Assembly (NCBI RefSeq): GCF_900083515.1
Contig: NZ_LT671858.1
Span: forward strand, 1,650,001-1,682,000
DNA: 32,000 nucleotides
Reading direction: 5' to 3'
Source of the DNA: Cuniculiplasma divulgatum
GTDB lineage: Archaea; Thermoplasmatota; Thermoplasmata; Thermoplasmatales; Thermoplasmataceae
The position numbers and the translations under genes were made by a program. The notes beneath the pieces are model-generated. The model had not been told where the DNA came from. It made no database searches and saw nothing but the letters and a program-made list of their open reading frames with translations. Positions 7,064 through 14,787 of the stretch are shown here, in pieces; the stretch's first letter is position 1; each line of letters starts with the position of its first letter.

Positions 7064-8542
7064 TTGCCAAAGAGAAAAGTGAATACAACAGAAGATGTTA
7101 AAATACCATCTAACCCACTTGACAGGGTTATAGGACAGGATGATGCTGTTAAGATAGCAAGAGTTGCAGCAAAACAGAGGAGAAATCTTCTGCTTGTAGG
7201 ACCACCAGGAATTGGAAAGTCAATGATCGCACAGGCGATGTCTTTTCTTATAGAGGTTCCAGAACACGAAGTTAGGGTTATACATAATCTAATGTACCCC
7301 GAAAGGCCATACGTAGAGGTAAAGAGCCGGGCACAGGTTGAACAGGAGAGTGATGAGATCAATGCAGCTGATGGTATTATTGTAAGCCCCGAAGATATAC
7401 CTGCAGATGTGTCTGAGAAACTCGGGTACAGATGCCCATCATGTGGATACATTTCCCTTTACACCGATACAACCTGTCCAAGATGTGGGGAGCCAAAAAA
7501 TAAGAATAATGCACAGGGACCATTCGGAGATATGTTTAATGTTCTGGGTGCTGCCCTTGGAGTACAGAACAATATGGAAAGAGTATCTTCCACCAGAAGA
7601 GTAGGAGAAAAGGAGGAAGTGATAATCTACGAACGATTCAATGACAAGGTAAAGATTCTGGATGAGAAGGCCCTGGAAAGAAAAAAGAAAATGGAGAAGA
7701 AAAGCCCAAGCAAGGTCATAGTACCACTGAACAGAAATACATTCATTCTTGCAACAGGTGCCAGTGAAACAGAACTACTTGGAGATGTGAGGCATGACCC
7801 ATACGGGGGTCACCCACAGCTTGGAACCATGCCCTATGAGAGAGTCATAGCCGGATCTATCCATGAGGCACATGAAGGTGTTCTCTTTATAGATGAGATA
7901 ACACACCTTGGAGAACTGCAAAGGTCTATACTGACTGCAATGCAGGAAAAGAAATTTCCCATAACAGGTAGGAATCCTCAAAGTGCTGGTGCAAGTGTCA
8001 GGGTGGATTCAGTACCAACTGATTTCATTCTTGTGGGTGCATGTAACATTCAGGACCTCCCACAGATTCTCAGTCCTTTGAGATCGAGAATTGCAGGAAA
8101 TGGATACGAGGTGCTGATGGAGGTATCCATGCCATATAACGAAAAGAATGTTGAAAGATATCTACAGTTTATTGCTCAGGAAATAATCAGTGACGGAAAG
8201 ATTCCACATATGGAAATAGATGCAGCCATGATCATCGTTGAGGAGGGAAAAAGAAGGGCCAGTATAATAGATCACAGGGAAAATGCATTGACTCTAAGGT
8301 TAAGGGAACTCGGTGGTCTGATCAGGGCATCAGGCGATATTGCTGTGAGCAAGGAACATAAATACATAACAAAGGATGATGTGATGGAGGCATTAAAGAT
8401 ATACATGCCAGTCGAGGAGAAGATAAACAAGATATATGGTAATATGGGTAATGCTATTTCCAGCGAGTCAACAGCCTCACAGAAAATGTCTGGTTATTAT
8501 GGTGGGTTTCATAACTACTATGTGGACCCTTCATACCAATAA
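7064..8542 (+). CDS. LonB-like AAA+ ATPase lacking the protease domain and membrane anchor, with an inserted Cys4 zinc ribbon
   Basis: LonB AAA+ motifs: LDRVIGQDDAV...LLLVGPPGIGKS (Walker A), LGDVRHDPYGG, GVLFIDEI (Walker B), LTAMQEKKFPITG, DFILVGACN (sensor 1), LRSRIAGNGYEV and LTLRLRELGGLIRASGDIA. CPSCGYISLYTDTTCPRCG lies at 7433..7486. The ORF ends about 35 aa after the lid, with no Ser-Lys protease domain. There is no ATG start: TTG at 7064 (GAGG 8 nt upstream) or GTG at 7079. Confidence 0.8.
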   Translation: MPKRKVNTTEDVKIPSNPLDRVIGQDDAVKIARVAAKQRRNLLLVGPPGIGKSMIAQAMSFLIEVPEHEVRVIHNLMYPERPYVEVKSRAQVEQESDEINAADGIIVSPEDIPADVSEKLGYRCPSCGYISLYTDTTCPRCGEPKNKNNAQGPFGDMFNVLGAALGVQNNMERVSSTRRVGEKEEVIIYERFNDKVKILDEKALERKKKMEKKSPSKVIVPLNRNTFILATGASETELLGDVRHDPYGGHPQLGTMPYERVIAGSIHEAHEGVLFIDEITHLGELQRSILTAMQEKKFPITGRNPQSAGASVRVDSVPTDFILVGACNIQDLPQILSPLRSRIAGNGYEVLMEVSMPYNEKNVERYLQFIAQEIISDGKIPHMEIDAAMIIVEEGKRRASIIDHRENALTLRLRELGGLIRASGDIAVSKEHKYITKDDVMEALKIYMPVEEKINKIYGNMGNAISSESTASQKMSGYYGGFHNYYVDPSYQ

Positions 8543-8639
8543 TATATTTTTTAATGTATTAGAGTCTTTTGCTATGTGCAAATTATGCATGTCATGACGA
8601 TAGTTAATAAAGTTAATATAATATCTACATGGTGATTAA

Positions 8640-9248
8640 ATGCCTATAGCACTAGGGGAGAAAGTCCCTGATTTTACCGTAAACACATCGAAAGGTCCCA
8701 TAACCATGTCTTCCTATAAGGGAAAGTGGGTTTTACTGTTTTCACATCCAGGAGATTTTACTCCGGTATGTACAACTGAATTCATGGCTTTTACAGAAAG
8801 ATATGATGATTTCAAGAAACTTGGAGTAGAACTAATTGGTCTCAGTATTGATAGCGTATTCAGCCATATAGCCTGGATAAGAGATATTAAGGAAAAGTAT
8901 GGAGTAGAGATACCCTTTCCCATAATTGCTGACGTGAACAAGGAAGTAGCAAATATATTCAATATCATAAACCCGGCTGATGGAATGACTGTGAGGGGTA
9001 TATTCATAATTGATCCAAATCAGAAGGTAAGGTGGATGGCTTACTATCCTGCTGAAGTTGGAAGAAGCATATCAGAACTCATTAGGGTTCTCAAGGCCCT
9101 TAAATTCAACTGGGATAGAAAACTAGCAACACCCGCCAACTGGCAGGAAGGTGATCCAGGAGTCATGGGAGCACCGGGAACACTTGAAGAAAGTTACGCA
9201 AGAGAAAAAGATGGCGCTGAGAGATGGTATCTTAAAAGAGTCAAATGA
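8640..9248 (+). CDS. Peroxiredoxin, Prx6-like 1-Cys type (thiol peroxidase)
   Basis: 202 aa with WVLLFSHPGDFTPVCTTE (peroxidatic Cys motif PVCTTE) and SIDSVFSHIAW...RGIFIIDP. GGTGAT lies 3-4 nt before the ATG. Confidence 0.92.
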   Translation: MPIALGEKVPDFTVNTSKGPITMSSYKGKWVLLFSHPGDFTPVCTTEFMAFTERYDDFKKLGVELIGLSIDSVFSHIAWIRDIKEKYGVEIPFPIIADVNKEVANIFNIINPADGMTVRGIFIIDPNQKVRWMAYYPAEVGRSISELIRVLKALKFNWDRKLATPANWQEGDPGVMGAPGTLEESYAREKDGAERWYLKRVK

Positions 9249-9583
9249 CCGATTGCGCAATGTACAATCTCACACTGGATGGATCACATCCATCCACCAT
9301 ATGTGTGGAGATTTCAAATTTGAGGCCATCACTGGAGTCCCTATATGAAATGTTAGATTCCGAATACCTTTCAGAATATTTGTCCGATTTCATTTCCGAC
9401 TTTGCAAGAACTGATGAAATTATGCCAGAAGATCACACACTTGGCTTCGTCATAATTAACTCGAAGAAGAAGCATCTTTCATTTGCATTCAATGGATTGA
9501 AAGAGAACTATATTAAGGATATCAGGGAAATCGGAACTAAGATTCAGCAAAAGGGTTACACAGTTGAATATGATATTGAATGA
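9245..9583 (+). CDS. Hypothetical acidic 112-aa protein, translationally coupled to the peroxiredoxin
   Basis: Its ATG overlaps the Prx stop (ATGA). It contains a short periodic acidic motif SEYLSEYLSDFISDF and two N-terminal Cys. No family recognised. Confidence 0.6.
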   Translation: MTDCAMYNLTLDGSHPSTICVEISNLRPSLESLYEMLDSEYLSEYLSDFISDFARTDEIMPEDHTLGFVIINSKKKHLSFAFNGLKENYIKDIREIGTKIQQKGYTVEYDIE

Positions 9584-9639
9584 TGTAATCAAAATTAAAA
9601 CAAATTTTTCATTATTTTAAATCACGCTTAATTCTTAAA

Positions 9640-9647
9640 TTTTATAT
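9640..9647 (+). promoter_or_regulatory. TATA-like box TTTTATAT upstream of the PDO gene
   Basis: AT box about 57-72 nt before the candidate ATGs at 9704 and 9719. The track's TTG start at 9647 lies inside this box, which argues against that start. Confidence 0.3.
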
Positions 9648-9718
9648 TGCCACAAATAGATGCTATTATAAAGTGCTGTGTGATCAATTTTATATATCCA
9701 GCAATGTATGAGGTTTTC

Positions 9719-10402
9719 ATGATAAACGAGAATACTGAACACTCAGCACTCATAAGGGAAGAAGATAAAAGATTTTTGGCAAACCAGTTCAGGAAGAAGC
9801 TGAGCAAAACTGTAACTCTGATAGTATTCACATCAAGTGACAAGAAATGTATGTACTGTGATAAAGCAGTTGAAATTATTGAAGAGGTTTCCAGCCTGAG
9901 CGATAAGATCAAGACAGTGAAATACTCCTTTGAAAATGATAGGGAAATGGTTGAAAAGTATAATGTAAAAAAGTACCCTGCCATTATTGTAACATCAGAA
10001 AGAATTAGGGATAGTAGGGTTGTTTTCTATGGCCTGCCATCCGGGTATGAATTCGGTTCCCTCGTGGAGAGCATAGAGAGTGCTTCCATGGATGAACCTG
10101 AGATTGCAGATAAGACTAAAGAAATAATTTCAGGGATCAATATGCCTGTTAAAATAACTGTTTATATCACACCTACGTGCCAGTATTGTCCCAGGGCAAG
10201 TACCATAGCAAACAAATTTGCCATACTGAATCAAAACATAAGTTCCGAAATTACAGAAATCCTGGAATTTGGGGATGAAGATGAGATAAAAGATATAGAA
10301 AAGGTTCCATACATTAAGGTAAATGACAGAATTATAGTAATAGGAACGCACACTGAAGAACAGTTTGCAGAATTTGTAATGGGAGCTACCAAAGAACAAT
10401 AA
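9719..10402 (+). CDS. Protein disulfide oxidoreductase (PDO; glutaredoxin-like, two thioredoxin-fold units)
   Basis: Two CxxC sites, DKKCMYCDK and TPTCQYCPR, each after a beta-strand (TLIVFTS / ITVYITP). There is colinear similarity to Pyrococcus/Sulfolobus PDO (about 226 aa). The ATG at 9719 (227 aa, GAGG 5 nt upstream) is preferred; the ATG at 9704 is an alternative. Confidence 0.85.
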   Translation: MINENTEHSALIREEDKRFLANQFRKKLSKTVTLIVFTSSDKKCMYCDKAVEIIEEVSSLSDKIKTVKYSFENDREMVEKYNVKKYPAIIVTSERIRDSRVVFYGLPSGYEFGSLVESIESASMDEPEIADKTKEIISGINMPVKITVYITPTCQYCPRASTIANKFAILNQNISSEITEILEFGDEDEIKDIEKVPYIKVNDRIIVIGTHTEEQFAEFVMGATKEQ

Positions 10403-10447
10403 ATGTGATTTGCGAAAGATATATTAGTATAATAAAGTTGTTGAATT

Positions 10448-10813
10448 ATGGAGAGCAACGAAATTATTGCAGTATCGACAAACTACATTACTGGATATCG
10501 GGTTACAAAGGTTTTTGGAACGGTTTGGGGATTGACCGTAAGAAGCAGAGGAATCGGTGGGAATGTTATGGCGGGTCTGAGATCTCTGAAGGGAGGGGAG
10601 ATAAAGGAATACATAACATTACTAAACGATGCAAGGAATATTGCACTTCAGAGACTTAAGGATGGAGCAAAGTCACTTGGAGCTAATGCCATACTGGATG
10701 TGAGATTTGATTCATCTGATTTTGCTCAGATGATGACGGAAATAGTGGCCTATGGTACTGCTGTTATAGTAGAACAAACTGGCAAGCAGGGAGATCTTGT
10801 ATCACTTTCCTGA
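10448..10813 (+). CDS. YbjQ/UPF0145 family protein
   Basis: 121 aa with GYRVTKVFGTVWGLTVRSRGIGGNVMAGLRSLKGGEIKEY...ARNIALQRLKDGAKSLGANAILDVRFD...AYGTAV, the typical YbjQ-family pattern. Confidence 0.85.
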   Translation: MESNEIIAVSTNYITGYRVTKVFGTVWGLTVRSRGIGGNVMAGLRSLKGGEIKEYITLLNDARNIALQRLKDGAKSLGANAILDVRFDSSDFAQMMTEIVAYGTAVIVEQTGKQGDLVSLS

Positions 10814-10887
10814 TTTTACAGTTAATAACGGAATATAATTGCAAATAGATCAAAGACTTAAATAATCAATTTACATTTAGTATTATT

Positions 10888-11187
10888 ATGATAGATTCAC
10901 TATGGGAATGGCTGATAGTAGGTGTTGTTATACTAGCCTTGTTTGGAAGCGCCAAGAAAATCCCAGATTTTGCCAGAAACCTTGGAAGGGCAACAGGTGA
11001 ATTCAAGAGAGGACAGACTGAGATACAGCAGGAAATTAAGAAATCATTGCTGGAGCCTGAGAAAGTTAACACCCCTGAAAACGAGAAATTAATTGCACTT
11101 GCACAGTCAATGGGAATTGAAACAAGCGGAAAGGATCCGAAACAGATAAAGGTTGAGCTTTCAGAAAAGCTTAAAAGTGATAATTAA
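10888..11187 (+). CDS. tatA: Twin-arginine translocase subunit TatA/E
   Basis: 99 aa. An N-terminal TM helix followed by the hinge/amphipathic helix: WEWLIVGVVILALFGSAKKIPDFARNLGRATGEFKRG. Confidence 0.9.
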   Translation: MIDSLWEWLIVGVVILALFGSAKKIPDFARNLGRATGEFKRGQTEIQQEIKKSLLEPEKVNTPENEKLIALAQSMGIETSGKDPKQIKVELSEKLKSDN

Positions 11188-12023
11188 TGGAAAATGGCCC
11201 GCTGAAGGTCATTACAAATAATATTGATGAACTGCGTTTCAGGGTTATAAGAATTGTAGTTCCGATTCTGGTCTTTTTTAGCATTTTTTTGCTGTTTGAT
11301 CTAAGGTCATTTTATATTGGTCTTGGGTCTATTTCCTTTCATTTTCCCTTCATTTATCCTGATCCCTATGAAAATATGGGAGCACAATTCCTTAAACTCA
11401 TAATTGACCATGTAATAACAGAACATTTCCAGCTGATTGCCATTAAGCCCACAGATGGTGTTGTGGCTGATTTTTACTCCTGCCTGTTCTTATCCATTAT
11501 TGTAACTTCGCCAAATATTTCATACCAGACGGGGAAGTTTATTGGACCTGCGCTTAAAGCCTCAGAAAAGCATCTGATTAAGACAACAATTTACCCAGCA
11601 CTTATACTATTCCTGATTGGAGCACTTGTGGGATTCTATTTTGTAGCCCCGCTTATGTTTAGAATACTGTATGACTTTGATCTTGGCGTTGGAGCCCAGC
11701 CTACAATGAGCATAACTTCCTTTGTCTCATTTTTCTTCATCTACGTTCTTTCCTTTGGATTATCCTTTGAAACACCTGTGATAATGGTTGGGTTGACCTA
11801 TTTATCAATCGTACCAGCAAGCTACTGGAGGAAGAACTGGAGATATGCCATAGTGGCGGCACTTATCTTCGGTGTAATATTTTCTCCAGGAGTGACAGGA
11901 TTTACCATGATTCTACTCGCCATACCCATAATCGCCCTTTATTTTGTTGGAATTTATGCATCCCAGAGAACGGAGAGAAGGAAAAATAATGAAATTCAGA
12001 AAGATCTAGGCGGTCTCTCTTAA
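11187..12023 (+). CDS. tatC: Twin-arginine translocase subunit TatC
   Basis: 278 aa, polytopic. DELRFRVIRIVV...PTDGVVADF...PALKASEKH...FVAPLMFRIL...SFETPVIM fits TatC. Its ATG overlaps the tatA stop by 1 nt. Confidence 0.9.
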   Translation: MENGPLKVITNNIDELRFRVIRIVVPILVFFSIFLLFDLRSFYIGLGSISFHFPFIYPDPYENMGAQFLKLIIDHVITEHFQLIAIKPTDGVVADFYSCLFLSIIVTSPNISYQTGKFIGPALKASEKHLIKTTIYPALILFLIGALVGFYFVAPLMFRILYDFDLGVGAQPTMSITSFVSFFFIYVLSFGLSFETPVIMVGLTYLSIVPASYWRKNWRYAIVAALIFGVIFSPGVTGFTMILLAIPIIALYFVGIYASQRTERRKNNEIQKDLGGLS

Positions 12024-12656
12024 TTTTTGCCGGAAAGACTCAAGTTCTTTTAATCTGATTGTTTTTGTGTTAATTGTTTCTATGTGATGGGCATAAGCCT
12101 TTATGATCTCATTTTTCATGAACCTTGAACCCTTTATTCTCCTGAAGAAAGTGTTATTTAATGAAGTAGCCATGTTTTCGGCGTCTTGAAGATTTCCATC
12201 GCGAAATATTATACCATGTTCCAGTGACTCATTAAATGTTAAGATCCTCCCCGTGGCAAGTTCCTTCACAGTGTTGCCTGAAATGAAATGCCTCATTCCT
12301 TCAGGAGGTATTATGATTGATGGGAAGTTAAAAAGAATATCCGGTAAACCATATTTACTGTTTTTTTCGCCAACAGAATAGTCACTTATCAGGGTTAGTT
12401 CAAGTCCTGCCCCAAGGGTGAACCCCTTACAGTATGAAACAACAGGTGCCTCATAGTTTCTTATGAGTTGCATTATTCCAGTTCCCAGAGATACAACTGA
12501 CAACAGGAAATCATTGTCTTTTACAAGATGACATGAACAGTCGTAACCCATTGAAAAATTATCTCCCCTAGATCTGATGACCACAGGTTTAAAATTACCA
12601 TCTGAAGTTATTGCGGATAAATTTATGAATAATTGCTGCAGAACTTCCATATCCAT
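12006..12656 (-). CDS. Crotonase-fold (enoyl-CoA hydratase/isomerase family) protein, divergent, N-terminus unclear
   Basis: VVIRSRGDNFSMGYD...APVVSYCKGFTLGAGLELTLISDYSVGEKNSKYGLPD matches the crotonase core (vvltG.g.aFcaGaDl ... nG.alGgGlelal.cD...a....f.lpE). Crotonase-like sequence continues 5' of the first ATG (see findings). The 3' end overlaps the tatC 3' end by 18 nt. Confidence 0.7.
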   Translation of the reverse strand: MDMEVLQQLFINLSAITSDGNFKPVVIRSRGDNFSMGYDCSCHLVKDNDFLLSVVSLGTGIMQLIRNYEAPVVSYCKGFTLGAGLELTLISDYSVGEKNSKYGLPDILFNFPSIIIPPEGMRHFISGNTVKELATGRILTFNESLEHGIIFRDGNLQDAENMATSLNNTFFRRIKGSRFMKNEIIKAYAHHIETINTKTIRLKELESFRQKLRETA

Positions 12657-12727
12657 TGAATTCTCAGGTATATTATTTATAATTAAAGAATGAAGAACAT
12701 CATTTTCCTCATGAATTACCTTATTGC

Positions 12728-13000
12728 TCAGTACATTGTCAGGTTGTATCTTTCATCAACCTCCTCGTATGTCTTCCTGTCACTGATGCCGAGGATTTCT
12801 GAAACTTTTTTCATGATGCTTTCGTATGGTGAGTCTTCCTTTCCTTCAATATATGGCCATTCTTCTCCTATGATCAGTCTTTTGGCCTTATCACTGTACA
12901 AAAACTGATAACCTTCTTTTTTCATCTCATGGATTCGCTCTGCAACCTCTTCAGGTTTTTCAAGATTACTGAACTTGTGTTCAAGTTCTCCTATCATCAT
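12728..13000 (-). CDS. Hypothetical 90-aa soluble acidic protein, last small ORF coupled to the nuo operon
   Basis: Its ATG overlaps the stop of the 116-aa ORF (ATGA at 12997..13000). No TM segment and no recognisable motif. Confidence 0.55.
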   Translation of the reverse strand: MMIGELEHKFSNLEKPEEVAERIHEMKKEGYQFLYSDKAKRLIIGEEWPYIEGKEDSPYESIMKKVSEILGISDRKTYEEVDERYNLTMY

Positions 13001-13347
13001 AGATCACCACATCTTTTGCCATTGAATTCCGGGAACCTCACATTATATCTATCAGCAGCATAATACAGATGATATATGAAATTCTTTAGAAAGCCCTCCT
13101 TATCATCAACATCATAGACAAAGTTTGAGTTCATGACGCTTTTCACTGTATCAATATCTATCTTCCCTGTTAAGAAATCACTAATCGACTGCATTACCCT
13201 TAAATGACTCCTGATTCTTTCGTTTTTTGATATATTTTCTGCGTTTTGAAGACTCTTAATTTTCTTTTGGATAAGTTTCATTGCATCATCTATCTCGCCC
13301 GAAAGGACCGCAGAATCTATTACTTCCAGATCATACAAAGGATTCAT
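12997..13347 (-). CDS. Hypothetical 116-aa soluble protein, translationally coupled to nuoN
   Basis: Its ATG shares one nucleotide with the nuoN stop (TAATG at 13345..13349). Predicted helical and hydrophilic. No recognisable motif. Confidence 0.55.
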   Translation of the reverse strand: MNPLYDLEVIDSAVLSGEIDDAMKLIQKKIKSLQNAENISKNERIRSHLRVMQSISDFLTGKIDIDTVKSVMNSNFVYDVDDKEGFLKNFIYHLYYAADRYNVRFPEFNGKRCGDL

Positions 13348-14786
13348 TACACACCAACTCCTAATCCTGAAACTATACTGCTCAAATATGGATATCCATA
13401 AATCAGGAATGAAAGCCCTATGGACATTACTGCTCCTATAACAACAGGTAGAAGTATGGAGCCTGAGAGATTAAATTCTCTGTCCTCTGTTGCAGGTCTG
13501 AACATGACCACAATTACTCTGAGGTAATAGAATACAGATATTGCACTGTTCAATATACCTATTACTGCAAGATACCACAGATTTCCGCTTATGAGTGAAA
13601 GGAATAGATAGTATTTAGCGAAGAATCCTGCAGTTGGTGGTATTCCTGCAAGGGCAAGCATCATTATTCCTAGAGAAATGGCGAATAGAGGTGACTTTAG
13701 ACCAATGCCTGAGAGATCATTTATCATGATTTTTTCCTTCTTCACGGCACCAGATGCAATAAAGGCTCCTCCCTTCATGAAAATATATACAAGAGAATAG
13801 TACATTGCTGCAAAAATTGCTACTGTGATCGCAAACTGAGAGGCAGTACTGGAAACCACCGTAAGTACCAGGATCAGATATCCGGCCTGAGCTATGCTTG
13901 AATATGCAAGCATCCTTTTCAGATTATTTTCAGAGAGTGCCGCGAAGTTTCCATATGTCATGGTTATTATGGAAACTATGGTAAATAGATAGAAAACATC
14001 AGTACTTAATGTGGAGAATCCAACCAGAAATACTCTCAGTATAATAAGAAAGGCAAGTACTTTTGTTCCTGATGAAAGGAAAGCTGAAACAGGATTATTT
14101 GTCCCATCGTACGCATCTACTGCCCATTGCTGAAGTGGTACTAGAGCAAGTTTGAATCCAAATCCAACAAAAAGGAGTATTAAGGCAAGAAGCATTGAAG
14201 GTCTGGTAACATCAGAGATTGAAAACGAAGAAACAAGATTGAATGTGCCTGTTGATAGGAAATAGAATGATGAACCGAGTACTATAAAGCCTGTTGCTAT
14301 AACTCCTGTAAAGAAATATTTAGCAGAAGCTTCCAGGTTTCTTTTTGATTTTCCATGAGCCGACAGAATGTAAGTTCCAATGCTGATTCCCTCAAATGCT
14401 ATGAATATGAATATGAGGTTCAGACTAAAGGCTGCTATTATCATGGCTATGTTTACAAAAAGAAAGACAGAAAAGAAAATTTCAGGATCATGCTTCAGTT
14501 CCGAACCTGCTGTAAATGAGACATAAAGGGATGATGTTATTAGGATAAGTGCAAAGAACAGTCCGAAATTGTTGATAACAAAGGCTCCTCCAAAGAATGA
14601 AGAATTACCTGAATCGAGCAGAATTAGCATAATCATTGATATGAGCAGTGCTATAATTGAAACTGTGGTGTAGACCATCCAGTTTTTTACCCTTCTTCCC
14701 ATCAACAACATTCCAAAAGCCACCAGGCCAAGGAATATCTCAGGGTACAGAGATTTTAGAATTGAAGAATCTAATATAAACGTCAT
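13347..14786 (-). CDS. nuoN: NADH-quinone oxidoreductase (complex I-like) subunit N
   Basis: 479-aa polytopic antiporter-like protein, last in the nuoL/M/N series, with LKRMLAYSSIAQAGY typical of subunit N. Confidence 0.9.
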   Translation of the reverse strand: MTFILDSSILKSLYPEIFLGLVAFGMLLMGRRVKNWMVYTTVSIIALLISMIMLILLDSGNSSFFGGAFVINNFGLFFALILITSSLYVSFTAGSELKHDPEIFFSVFLFVNIAMIIAAFSLNLIFIFIAFEGISIGTYILSAHGKSKRNLEASAKYFFTGVIATGFIVLGSSFYFLSTGTFNLVSSFSISDVTRPSMLLALILLFVGFGFKLALVPLQQWAVDAYDGTNNPVSAFLSSGTKVLAFLIILRVFLVGFSTLSTDVFYLFTIVSIITMTYGNFAALSENNLKRMLAYSSIAQAGYLILVLTVVSSTASQFAITVAIFAAMYYSLVYIFMKGGAFIASGAVKKEKIMINDLSGIGLKSPLFAISLGIMMLALAGIPPTAGFFAKYYLFLSLISGNLWYLAVIGILNSAISVFYYLRVIVVMFRPATEDREFNLSGSILLPVVIGAVMSIGLSFLIYGYPYLSSIVSGLGVGV

Positions 14787-14787
14787 C

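Noticed and set aside
6988-7452. 154-aa minus-strand ORF spanning the dnaG/LonB-like junction
   Set aside because: It is antisense to two conserved genes, including the Walker A region. The sequence is Ser/Thr/Ile-rich and featureless.
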